From: an uncultured delta proteobacterium | GTDB taxonomy: Bacteria; Myxococcota; Myxococcia; Myxococcales; Myxococcaceae | NCBI GenBank assembly: GCA_963776345.1 | Contig: CAVZMH010000015.1 | Span: 288,001-352,000 of the forward strand | Direction of reading: 5' to 3' | DNA length: 64,000 nucleotides | Part shown: piece by piece, positions 54,567 to 64,000 of the stretch | Layout: each line of letters starts with the position of its first letter | Numbering within the stretch: position 1 is the stretch's first letter | Position numbers and translations under genes: made by a program | Notes under the pieces: generated by a model | Told to the model about the DNA's origin: nothing | Databases searched by the model: none | What the model saw: the letters and a program-made list of their open reading frames with translations, nothing else

Positions 54567-55441
54567 GCGGCCCACCGCGACACGCGGGCGAGGAGCCCCG
54601 GCGCGTCCACCTGACGGGCGAAGAGCTCGAAGGGCTCGCGCGGGATGCCCCGGTGCTCCAGCGCCGCGAGCGACGCATCCACCGGCGCGTCGGTCCGGAG
54701 CGTGGCCAGCGTCCGGTACAGGAGCGCGTCCTGCCGTCCTTCGGCCAGCGTCCGGGCCAGGGTGTCACGCGAGCGCACGGAGTCGGGCCAGGCGCGTGGG
54801 TCCGCGGGGATGGATTCGAGGTGCCCGAAGGCGGCGAGCACGGCGGCGGCGCCCTTCTCCCCGAAGCCGGGGAGCCCGGGGATGCCGTCCGCGGTGTCGC
54901 CGACCAGCGCCAGCCAATCCGGGATGCTCTCCGGCCCGATGCCGCGCAGAGCCCGGAGCGCGGGTTCGTCCACCACCTTGCTCCGCATCCGGTCCACCTG
55001 GACCACCCGGGTCCCGCGCAGGCACTGTCCGAGGTCCTTGTCCGGGGTCAGGATGCGCACCTGCTCCACCGCGGGCGCGAACCGGGCCGCGCCGGTGGCC
55101 AGCGCGTCGTCCGCCTCGAAGTCCCGCATCGACCAGACGGCGATGCCCAGAGCCCGGGTCGCCAGCTCGGCCAGGTCGAACTGCGCCAGGAGCTCCTCGG
55201 GCACACCCGCCTCGGTCTTGTAGCCGTCGAAGAGGTCGTTGCGGAACGAGCGAATGGGGTTGTCGTAGGCCACCGCCAGGTGGGTGGGCCGCTCGGTGGG
55301 GTCCGAGAGCAGCGCCAGGAGCGACGAGACCAGCCCCACGGTGGCCTTGAGGGGCGTGCCGTCGGGCGCCCGGTGAGGAGGCCGCCGGGAGAAGTGCGCC
55401 CGGAACAGCTCGTAGGTGCCGTCGACGAGGTGCAGCCGCAT
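54563..55441 (-). CDS. 5'-3' exonuclease / flap endonuclease (stand-alone Pol I N-domain family)
   Basis: LVDGTYELFR, FRNDLFDGYK, EADD, DKDL.Q, LVGDTADGIPGLPGFGEK. Confidence 0.92.
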   Translation of the reverse strand: MRLHLVDGTYELFRAHFSRRPPHRAPDGTPLKATVGLVSSLLALLSDPTERPTHLAVAYDNPIRSFRNDLFDGYKTEAGVPEELLAQFDLAELATRALGIAVWSMRDFEADDALATGAARFAPAVEQVRILTPDKDLGQCLRGTRVVQVDRMRSKVVDEPALRALRGIGPESIPDWLALVGDTADGIPGLPGFGEKGAAAVLAAFGHLESIPADPRAWPDSVRSRDTLARTLAEGRQDALLYRTLATLRTDAPVDASLAALEHRGIPREPFELFARQVDAPGLLARVSRWAA

Positions 55442-55611
55442 GTTCGCGCCGCACAGCGTACCGCTCGCGGAGGGCGAAGAAACCGACGATCGCCCAGCCG
55501 ACCGGCGACACCGCGCGTGCAAGGGTTCGAGGAGGAGCGCACCGGCGTCCGCCCGCGGACGGCTGGACCGCGCTCGCCCTGTAGGCCGGGGCTTGGCCCC
55601 GCGGCACCGGC

Positions 55612-57738
55612 TCAGCCCTGGACCGCGCGCAGCGGCTGGCGCAGCAGCGGCTCGAGCACCGCGAGCTGCGCGTCCCGCACCGGCTCGCCGGGCTGGGGCC
55701 GGCGCCGCACGTACGTCCCGTCCGGCAGGAGGTCGCGGGCACGGGTGTTGTCGGCGAGCGAGGGCTCGATGACCTCGCGGTGGATCCGCGCCCGGAGCGC
55801 CCGGTCCTCCACCGGGAACATCAGCTCCACCCGGCGATAGAGGTTCCGGGGCATCCAGTCCGCCGAGGAGAGGAACAGCTCCTCCTGCTCGCCGGCGCCG
55901 AAGAGGAACACCCGGCAGTGCTCGAGAAAGCGGCCGACGATGCTGAACACCCGGATGTTGTCCGAGACGTCCTGCAACCCGGGGCGCAGGCAGCAGATGC
56001 CCCGGACGCAGAGATCGACCGGGACTCCGGCCTGGCTCGCGGCGTAGAGCGCATCGATGACCGAGAGGTCCACCAGCGCGTTCATCTTGGCGTAGATGCG
56101 CGCCGGCTTGCCCGCCCGCGCCGCCTCGGTCTGCTCGGAGATCTTCCGGAGCACCGTCTCGGCCAGCGTGACCGGCGCCACCGCCACCTTCCGGTAATGG
56201 GCGACCTTGGCGAACCCCGAGAGCGCGTTGAACACCTCGGAGACGTCCTCGCCGAGGACCTGGTCCGCGCTGAACATGCCGACGTCCGTGTATAGCCGCG
56301 AGGTGGTGACGTTGTAGTTCCCGGTGGAGAGGTGGACGTACCGGCGGATCTGCCCCTCCTCGCGGCGGATCACCAGGATGACCTTGGCGTGGGTCTTGAG
56401 GCCCACCGAGCCATAGAAGACGTGCACCCCCGCCCGCTCGAGTTGCCTGGCCCAGACGATGTTGTTCTGCTCGTCGAAGCGAGCCTTGAGCTCGATCGCC
56501 ACTGCGACCTGCTTCCCGTTCTCGGCGGCGGCGATCAGGGCCTTCACGATCTCCGAGTTCGATCCCGTGCGGTACAGCGTCATCTTGATCGCCAGCACCG
56601 CCGGGTCCTCCGCCGCCCGGCGAAGGAAGTGGAGCACCGGCTGGAACGAGTCGTACGGATGGTGGAGCAGGATGTCGCCCTGCCCCACCACCGCGAACGG
56701 GTCCTCCGCCTCGGCCAGGGCGTGGTTGAGGTTCTGCACGAACGGGGTGTCGTGCAAGTCCGCGCGAGGCAGCATCGCCACCGACATCAGCGCCGAGGCC
56801 CCGAGGACGCGGGACTCCGCGTAGAGGTCGTCCTCCTCGATCTCCAGCTTGGAGAGCAGAAACTCGCGGATCCGCTGCGGCGTGTCGGGATGCACTTCGA
56901 GGCGCACCACCGCGCCGAACTTCCGGCGGCGGATCTCCCGGTCGATGGTGACCAGGAGGTCGTGGGCTTCCTCCTCCATGATCTCCAGATCCATGTCCCG
57001 GGTGATGCGGAACGGGTACACGCCGAGGATCTGCATCCCCGGGAAGAGCTGATCGAGGTTCGCCGCGATGAGCGCCTCGAGGGGAAGGAACTCGCCCGGT
57101 CGCGCGTCGTCGGCCGACGCGCTCAACCGCTCGAGCGGCACGAACCGGGGGAGGATCTCCGGGACCTTCACCCTGGCGAACCGGCGCTCGCCGGACTCGG
57201 GATCCGCGGCCTCCACTGCCAGCGACAGCGAGAGGTTGGAGATGAAGGGGAACGGGTGCCCGGGGTCCACCGCCAGCGGGGTGAGCACCGGGAAGACCGA
57301 CTCGCGAAAGTAGGCCCTGGCCCGCTCCTGCGCGGCGTCGCCGAGGCTCTCCCAGTGGCGGATCCGGATGCCGTGCTCGGCGAGCCCGGGGAGCAGCTGC
57401 CCCTCGAGGAGGTCGGTCGCGTCCTTGAGGAGCCGCCGGACCACCTCGCGGATGCGCGCCAGCTGCTGCCGCGGGGTGAGCCCGTCGGGGCTGCGCTCCG
57501 CCTCCGCCTGCTCCAGCTGGTCGTGCAGGCCCGAGACCCGGATCATGAAGAACTCGTCCAGGTTGGAGAAGGTGATGGCCAGGAACTTGAGCCGCTCGAG
57601 CAGCGGCCAGTGCGGATCCGCCACCTCGTCGAGGACGCGCCGGTTGAACGCCAGCCACGACAGCTCGCGGTTCAGATAGAGCGACGGTTCCCTCGGCGTC
57701 GGGCGGGCGCCGGAGGTGCTTCGTTCGGGGTGGGTCAT
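55612..57738 (-). CDS. ppk1: Polyphosphate kinase 1 (copy B)
   Basis: YLNRELSWLAFN, NLDEFFMIRV, HPFPFISN, HHPYDSF, ELKARFDE, LKTHAK, RFLEH, SADWMPRN. Confidence 0.95.
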   Translation of the reverse strand: MTHPERSTSGARPTPREPSLYLNRELSWLAFNRRVLDEVADPHWPLLERLKFLAITFSNLDEFFMIRVSGLHDQLEQAEAERSPDGLTPRQQLARIREVVRRLLKDATDLLEGQLLPGLAEHGIRIRHWESLGDAAQERARAYFRESVFPVLTPLAVDPGHPFPFISNLSLSLAVEAADPESGERRFARVKVPEILPRFVPLERLSASADDARPGEFLPLEALIAANLDQLFPGMQILGVYPFRITRDMDLEIMEEEAHDLLVTIDREIRRRKFGAVVRLEVHPDTPQRIREFLLSKLEIEEDDLYAESRVLGASALMSVAMLPRADLHDTPFVQNLNHALAEAEDPFAVVGQGDILLHHPYDSFQPVLHFLRRAAEDPAVLAIKMTLYRTGSNSEIVKALIAAAENGKQVAVAIELKARFDEQNNIVWARQLERAGVHVFYGSVGLKTHAKVILVIRREEGQIRRYVHLSTGNYNVTTSRLYTDVGMFSADQVLGEDVSEVFNALSGFAKVAHYRKVAVAPVTLAETVLRKISEQTEAARAGKPARIYAKMNALVDLSVIDALYAASQAGVPVDLCVRGICCLRPGLQDVSDNIRVFSIVGRFLEHCRVFLFGAGEQEELFLSSADWMPRNLYRRVELMFPVEDRALRARIHREVIEPSLADNTRARDLLPDGTYVRRRPQPGEPVRDAQLAVLEPLLRQPLRAVQG

Positions 57739-57795
57739 CCTCGGCCTGTCTTTACAATCGCACGACGGACCGCTTCCAGTAGGCTCGGAATTGGC

Positions 57796-59361
57796 ATGCG
57801 GGGGCTTCGGGTCGCGACCTGCGTGGTGCTCGCCTGCGCGCATCAGATCCGTCCGCCGCCGCTGACCGGCTGGCGCGAGCTCCGGTCCCCGCACTTCCGG
57901 CTGCGGACCGATCTCCCCGAGGACTCCGCGCGGACCACCCTGAAGAAGCTGGAGACGCTTCGAGCGGCCCTCCAGTCGGCCTGGATGGCTCCCAGCGACA
58001 CGCCCGACACGGCGGACGTGGTCGTGCTGGGGGACACGGCCGAGCTCCTCACCTTCACCGACTGGCTCGGGCTCTCCACCGTGAGCGGGAGGCGTCCGCT
58101 GCTGGTCACCGCCGCAGGCAACCCCTCGGCGTTCCAGGACGAGCTCCCGTACACCACCGTGCTCGCCCACGAGCTGACCCACGTGCTCGCCCGATGGCGC
58201 ATGCCGTCCGTCGCGCCGTGGTTCGAGGAAGGTTGCGCCGAGCTACTCGGCACGATCCAGCTGCGCGATGGACGCCTGGCGCGCTTCGGGGAGCACGGCG
58301 TGCCACGGACCTCCTTGCCCGCCGGCTTCAGTGGAAGGTACTTCGCAGGCACCGTGCCCTCCGACATGTCGGGACGGACCCCGTCCGCGCCTCCGCAGAG
58401 CAACGTGAGCCTGGATCCCACCGGCTCGGACCAGGTGCTCTCGCTCGAGGAGCTCGAGCGCTTGCCCTGGCAGTTCCCGACCCCCGACGCGGCCCGCATC
58501 GCGTACCGCTCGGCCCGGCTCTGGGTTCAGGTGCTGCGATTCCGGGAGCTCGCGCGCGTCGTTGCTCTGGAGCGCGCGCTCCGTGAAGGGGCCCCGTGGC
58601 ACACCGCCTGGGCGGACGCACGTCGAGGTCTCGACATCGCCGGGCTCCACGACGTGGTGCGACAATGGGTGGGCGGCGCGCCGCTGCCGTTCGAGGAGCA
58701 CCCGTTCTCCCCCCCGGAAGTCCACGCGACGGAGCGGGCCATGGCTCCCTGGGAGGTTCGCCTGGTGCTCGCAGACCTCTGGACGCTCGGGGGCCCTCCC
58801 GAGCAGCGGTTCGAGCGCCTGTGGCGCGCCCGTGCGGAGCTGGAGTCCGCGGTCCGGGAGGCAACTGGCGAGGCGCTGCCCCGGGTGCGCCTCGCGGAGC
58901 TGGAGATGGACCCCGAGGCCCGCCTCGCGCTCGCCGAGGCGATTGCCCGCGCGCACCCGGACAGCCCGGACGCGGCGGTGTTCCTCGCCGGAGCGCTCCG
59001 CGATGACGGCCGGGAACTTCCCGGGCGAGCCCAGGCCATCGCCCGGGCCGTGGCGCTCGCGCCCGAGGACCCCGACGCGCTCACCGCAGAGGCGGTCGAG
59101 CAGGCGCGCGCCGGGAACCTGACGGCAGCCGTGCAGACCGCACGGCGGGCCGTGGCCCTCGCGCCCTGGAGTCCCACGGTGTTCCGGGTGAACGCAAACC
59201 TCCTCGCTGCCAGCGGCCGGTGCGAGGAGGCGCTGGAGGCCGCCCAGCGCGCGCTGAGCGTGCTTCCCCACCGCGCCCCACCGGAGCTCGTCGCGGCGGT
59301 CCACCGCGACCAGAGCCTCATCGGCAGCAGCTGCTCCCGGAAGACGACGCCGGTCCAGTAG
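57796..59361 (+). CDS. Secreted gluzincin-like (HEXXH, DUF1570-like) + TPR lipoprotein, paralog 1
   Basis: Signal ending LAC; WRELRSPHF.L.TD; HELTH...PWFEEG.AE; C-terminal TPRs. Confidence 0.75.
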   Translation: MRGLRVATCVVLACAHQIRPPPLTGWRELRSPHFRLRTDLPEDSARTTLKKLETLRAALQSAWMAPSDTPDTADVVVLGDTAELLTFTDWLGLSTVSGRRPLLVTAAGNPSAFQDELPYTTVLAHELTHVLARWRMPSVAPWFEEGCAELLGTIQLRDGRLARFGEHGVPRTSLPAGFSGRYFAGTVPSDMSGRTPSAPPQSNVSLDPTGSDQVLSLEELERLPWQFPTPDAARIAYRSARLWVQVLRFRELARVVALERALREGAPWHTAWADARRGLDIAGLHDVVRQWVGGAPLPFEEHPFSPPEVHATERAMAPWEVRLVLADLWTLGGPPEQRFERLWRARAELESAVREATGEALPRVRLAELEMDPEARLALAEAIARAHPDSPDAAVFLAGALRDDGRELPGRAQAIARAVALAPEDPDALTAEAVEQARAGNLTAAVQTARRAVALAPWSPTVFRVNANLLAASGRCEEALEAAQRALSVLPHRAPPELVAAVHRDQSLIGSSCSRKTTPVQ

Positions 59362-59378
59362 CGTCACCCCCGCCTCGG

Positions 59379-60833
59379 ATGCGCCCGCTCCTGCTCGCCG
59401 CCCTGCTCCTCCTCGGGTGCGCCCACGGGTCGCGCTCGCCGCCGCTCACCGGCTGGCGCGAGCTGCGCTCGAACCACTTCCGGCTCCAGACCGACCTGCC
59501 CGCGGCCGACGCCCGGACCACGATCGAGCGGCTGGAGACGCTCCGGGCCGCGCTGGAGACCGCCTGGTCCGAGCCCCAGGACACGCCAGGAAAGACGGAG
59601 GCCATCGTCCTGCGCGACGGTTCCGAGCTGAGGACGTTCACCGAGTGGACCGGGCTCGCGACCCTCACCCGGCGCGGGCCGCTGCTCGTCGTCTCCGGCA
59701 GCTCGGCCGTGTTCGGCGACGTGTCGCCCTACCTGGCGCTCCTCGCACACGAGGTGGCCCACGACCTCGGCCGGCGCCGGATGCCGGGAGCGCCCCGCTG
59801 GTTCGACGAGGGGCTCGCCTCGTACCTCGAGACGGCGGAGCTGGTCGACGCCGGCCGGGTGCGCCTGGGCGCAATCTCCAGGGAGGACCTGGAGCTCGCG
59901 CGGACCCGTCCTCTCCTTCCGCTGGACACGCTGGTCCAGGCCCGCTGGGAGACCGAGAGCCTGCCCCGGCTGCTGGAGATCTACCGCTCCGCGCGGCTCT
60001 GGGTTCACCTCCTCCGCGCCGAGGAGCCGGCCCGGATGCGGGCGCTGGAGGCCGCGCTGCGCCGTGGGACGCCCTGGCGCGTGGCCTGGGCCGAGGCGCG
60101 ACGGGACCTGGACACCTCCCGGCTCGAGGACGCGCTCCGCCGCTGGCTCCACGCGGGCGACTTCCCCACCGAGTTGCACCGCTTCTCGGTCCCCGCCTCG
60201 GCGTCGAAGGAGCGGCCGCTCGCCCCGTGGGAGGTCCACCTCGCGCAGGCGGAGCTGTGGACGGCCGGGCGTTCCTCCACCGACGCCGAGGAGCGGGCGA
60301 CCCGGGTGCGCGCCGAGCTCGAGGCGGCCGCGGGGGCTGCGCCGGACCAGCCCCTTCCCCGGGTCCTGCTCGCCGAGCTGGAGACCGATCCGGACCGGCG
60401 CCGCGAGCAGGCGGAGGCGCTGCGCCGGACCTATCCGCAGAGCCCCGAGGCGGCCGTCCTCCTCGCCCGGGTGCTCCGGGACGACGGCGGGCCGATCGAG
60501 GGCCGCCGGGCGGCGATGCTCGATGCGGTGGTGCTGGCACCCGACGACGTCGACGCCCTCACCGCGCACGCCATCGAGGAGGCCCGGGCCGGCGAGTACA
60601 CCCGGGCATTCCAGAGCCTCCGCCGCGCGGAGGCGCTCGCCCCGTGGAATCCCACCGTGTTCTTCTCCCGCGCGACCATCCTCGCCTCGCTCGGCCAGTG
60701 CGAGGAGGCGACCGACGCCGCGCAGCGGGCGCTGGACGTGCTGCCCGACGCCGCGCCGGCGGTGGACGTCCAGGTGCTGGCCCGGGCGCGCGCACGCGTG
60801 CAGGCGAGCTGCCATCCGACCCACGGGCCCTGA
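59379..60833 (+). CDS. Secreted gluzincin-like + TPR lipoprotein, paralog 2
   Basis: Lipobox LLGC; WRELRSNHF.LQTD; HEVAH...PRWFDEGLASY; TPRs. Confidence 0.78.
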   Translation: MRPLLLAALLLLGCAHGSRSPPLTGWRELRSNHFRLQTDLPAADARTTIERLETLRAALETAWSEPQDTPGKTEAIVLRDGSELRTFTEWTGLATLTRRGPLLVVSGSSAVFGDVSPYLALLAHEVAHDLGRRRMPGAPRWFDEGLASYLETAELVDAGRVRLGAISREDLELARTRPLLPLDTLVQARWETESLPRLLEIYRSARLWVHLLRAEEPARMRALEAALRRGTPWRVAWAEARRDLDTSRLEDALRRWLHAGDFPTELHRFSVPASASKERPLAPWEVHLAQAELWTAGRSSTDAEERATRVRAELEAAAGAAPDQPLPRVLLAELETDPDRRREQAEALRRTYPQSPEAAVLLARVLRDDGGPIEGRRAAMLDAVVLAPDDVDALTAHAIEEARAGEYTRAFQSLRRAEALAPWNPTVFFSRATILASLGQCEEATDAAQRALDVLPDAAPAVDVQVLARARARVQASCHPTHGP

Positions 60834-60865
60834 CCGGCCGGTGTAGAGTGCCGCCGGCTCCAACC

Positions 60866-62545
60866 ATGCGTGCGCTCGCCGATACCGTCCGCTCCCTGCC
60901 CACGGGCGTGGCCTTGCTCGAGGATCCCGTCTGCAACCGGGGGACCGCGTTCACCTCGGACGAGCGCGCCCGGCTCGGCCTCGACGGGCTCCTGCCCCCG
61001 GTCGTCGAGACGCTGGAGCAGCAGTGCGCGCGGGCCTACGAGGCCTACCGGCGCAAGGCGGACGACCTGGAGCGGCACATCTACCTCCGGGCGCTCCAGG
61101 ACACCAACGAGACGCTCTGCTACGCCGTGCTCCGCAAGCATCTCGCCGAGATGGTCCCGGTGGTCTACACCCCGGTCGTCGCCCAGGCGTGCGCGCAGTT
61201 CTCGCAGATCTACCGCCGTCCCCGCGGGCTCTTCCTCCCCTACCCCATGCGCGACGCGCTGGAGCTGCTGCTGGAGAACCGGCCGCGCCGCGAGGTGGAC
61301 GTGGTGGTGGTGACCGACGGGGAGCGGGTCCTGGGCATCGGGGACCAGGGCGCCGGAGGGATGGGCATCTCCATCGGCAAGCTCCAGCTCTACACCCTCT
61401 TCGGCGGCGTCGAGCCGGCGCGCACCCTCCCGGTCCTGCTGGACGTGGGCACCAACAACGCCGCCCGGCTGGCCGAGCCGGACTACATCGGCTGGCGGCA
61501 CGAGCGGGTGAAGGGCGACGCCTACTTCGACTTCGTGGACCGCTTCGTGGACGCGGTGCGCCGGGTGCTCCCGGGCGCGCTGCTGCAGTGGGAGGACTTC
61601 GCGCGCGACCACGCCGCCCCGCTGCTCGAGCGCTACCGGGACACGCTCTGCACCTTCAACGACGACATCCAGGGAACGGCCTCGGTGGTGGTGGCGGTCC
61701 TCACCGGAGCGCTCGGCGTCACGGGCGCGCGGTTCCGCGACCACCGCATCGTCATCGCCGGCGCGGGGAGCGCGGGGCTCGGCCTGGCGGCCTACCTCCT
61801 CCAGGCGATGCGCTCGGACGGGCTGTCCGCCGACGAGGCGCGCCGCCGGCTCCTCCTGGTCGACCGGCAGGGCCTCCTCCACGACCGCCTCGAGGACCTC
61901 ACCCCGGGCCAGCGTCCGTACGCCCAGCCATTCGAGGCGGTGGCGAGCTTCCGGCGGAACGCGGCCGGGCACGTGCCGCTCGAGTCAGTGCTGGAATCGG
62001 CGGGGGCGACGGTCCTCATCGGCGTCTCGGCGCAGTGCGGGCTCTTCAGCGAGAGCGCGGTGCGCGCCATGGCCGCCAGGGTCGAGCGGCCCATCGTCCT
62101 GCCGCTGTCCAACCCGCTCGACCGCTGCGAGGCCGCGCCAGCCGACCTCCTGCGCTGGACCGAGGGCCGGGCGCTCATCGCCACCGGGAGCCCGTACGGA
62201 CCCGTCACCTACGCCGGGGTCACCCGCCGCATCGCCCAGTGCAACAACGTCTACATCTTCCCCGGAGTGGGGCTGGGGGTCCTGAGCGTCGGGGCACGGC
62301 GGGTGACCGACGGGATGATGCTCGCCGCGGCCCGGGCGCTCGGCGCGCGGTCTCCAGCCCGGAAGGATCCGTCCGCTCCGCTGCTCCCCTCGCTGGACGA
62401 GCTGCTCGAGCTCACCCCGGACATCGCCTTCGCCGTCGCCCGGGAGGCGCAGGACTCGGGCATGGCGCCGGCCACCTCCGAGGACGCGGTCCGGGCGGCG
62501 ATCGCCGCCCGCTTCTGGACCCCGACCTACCGTCCGCTCCTCTAG
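60866..62545 (+). CDS. maeA: NAD-dependent malic enzyme
   Basis: NRGTAFT, VYTPVV, TDGERVLGIGDQG, DVGTNN, QWEDF, FNDDIQGT, GAGSAG, PLSNP, QCNN.YIFPG. Confidence 0.93.
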   Translation: MRALADTVRSLPTGVALLEDPVCNRGTAFTSDERARLGLDGLLPPVVETLEQQCARAYEAYRRKADDLERHIYLRALQDTNETLCYAVLRKHLAEMVPVVYTPVVAQACAQFSQIYRRPRGLFLPYPMRDALELLLENRPRREVDVVVVTDGERVLGIGDQGAGGMGISIGKLQLYTLFGGVEPARTLPVLLDVGTNNAARLAEPDYIGWRHERVKGDAYFDFVDRFVDAVRRVLPGALLQWEDFARDHAAPLLERYRDTLCTFNDDIQGTASVVVAVLTGALGVTGARFRDHRIVIAGAGSAGLGLAAYLLQAMRSDGLSADEARRRLLLVDRQGLLHDRLEDLTPGQRPYAQPFEAVASFRRNAAGHVPLESVLESAGATVLIGVSAQCGLFSESAVRAMAARVERPIVLPLSNPLDRCEAAPADLLRWTEGRALIATGSPYGPVTYAGVTRRIAQCNNVYIFPGVGLGVLSVGARRVTDGMMLAAARALGARSPARKDPSAPLLPSLDELLELTPDIAFAVAREAQDSGMAPATSEDAVRAAIAARFWTPTYRPLL

Positions 62546-62600
62546 AGCCCACGCCCCGATTGTCGTAGGAGGGGCCCAGGGGAACGGGGAGGCCTGACGG

Positions 62601-64000
<1,400 letters not shown>

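Noticed and set aside
54563..62545. ~1000-aa ORFs 54563..57658, 56332..59361 and 59417..62545
   Set aside because: Each is a real C-terminal gene (exonuclease, peptidase-like lipoprotein, malic enzyme) extended by an off-frame or antisense read through the neighbouring gene.

Overview
High-GC bacterial chromosomal window, most likely Myxococcota. The evidence is a groES-less groEL2-type chaperonin, a Myxococcales-type PilZ protein, Hanks kinases and lipoproteins with PDGG repeats. It holds about 45 mostly housekeeping or accessory genes, one tRNA-Sec (selC), a CIRCE operator and a short 44-bp direct-repeat pair. I saw no transposase, integrase, phage genes or CRISPR array. At least 7 genes carry frameshifts, concentrated at 26-38 kb, which look like long-read indel errors. 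Three unexplained operons stand out. (1) A translationally coupled divergent tgt + MnmC/MnmD-type methyltransferase + 2OG-Fe(II) oxygenase, a candidate new 7-deazaguanine tRNA-wobble modification pathway. (2) A flippase-like protein + SDR + KDN-9-P-type phosphatase + short NeuB + MMPL/RND exporter + lipoprotein, a candidate nonulosonate-lipid synthesis and export system. (3) A periplasmic protein + output-less c-heme/HAMP sensor + pseudo-cyclase with helical repeats, converging on a Ser/Thr kinase. All family calls come from motif recognition by eye, not from database searches.
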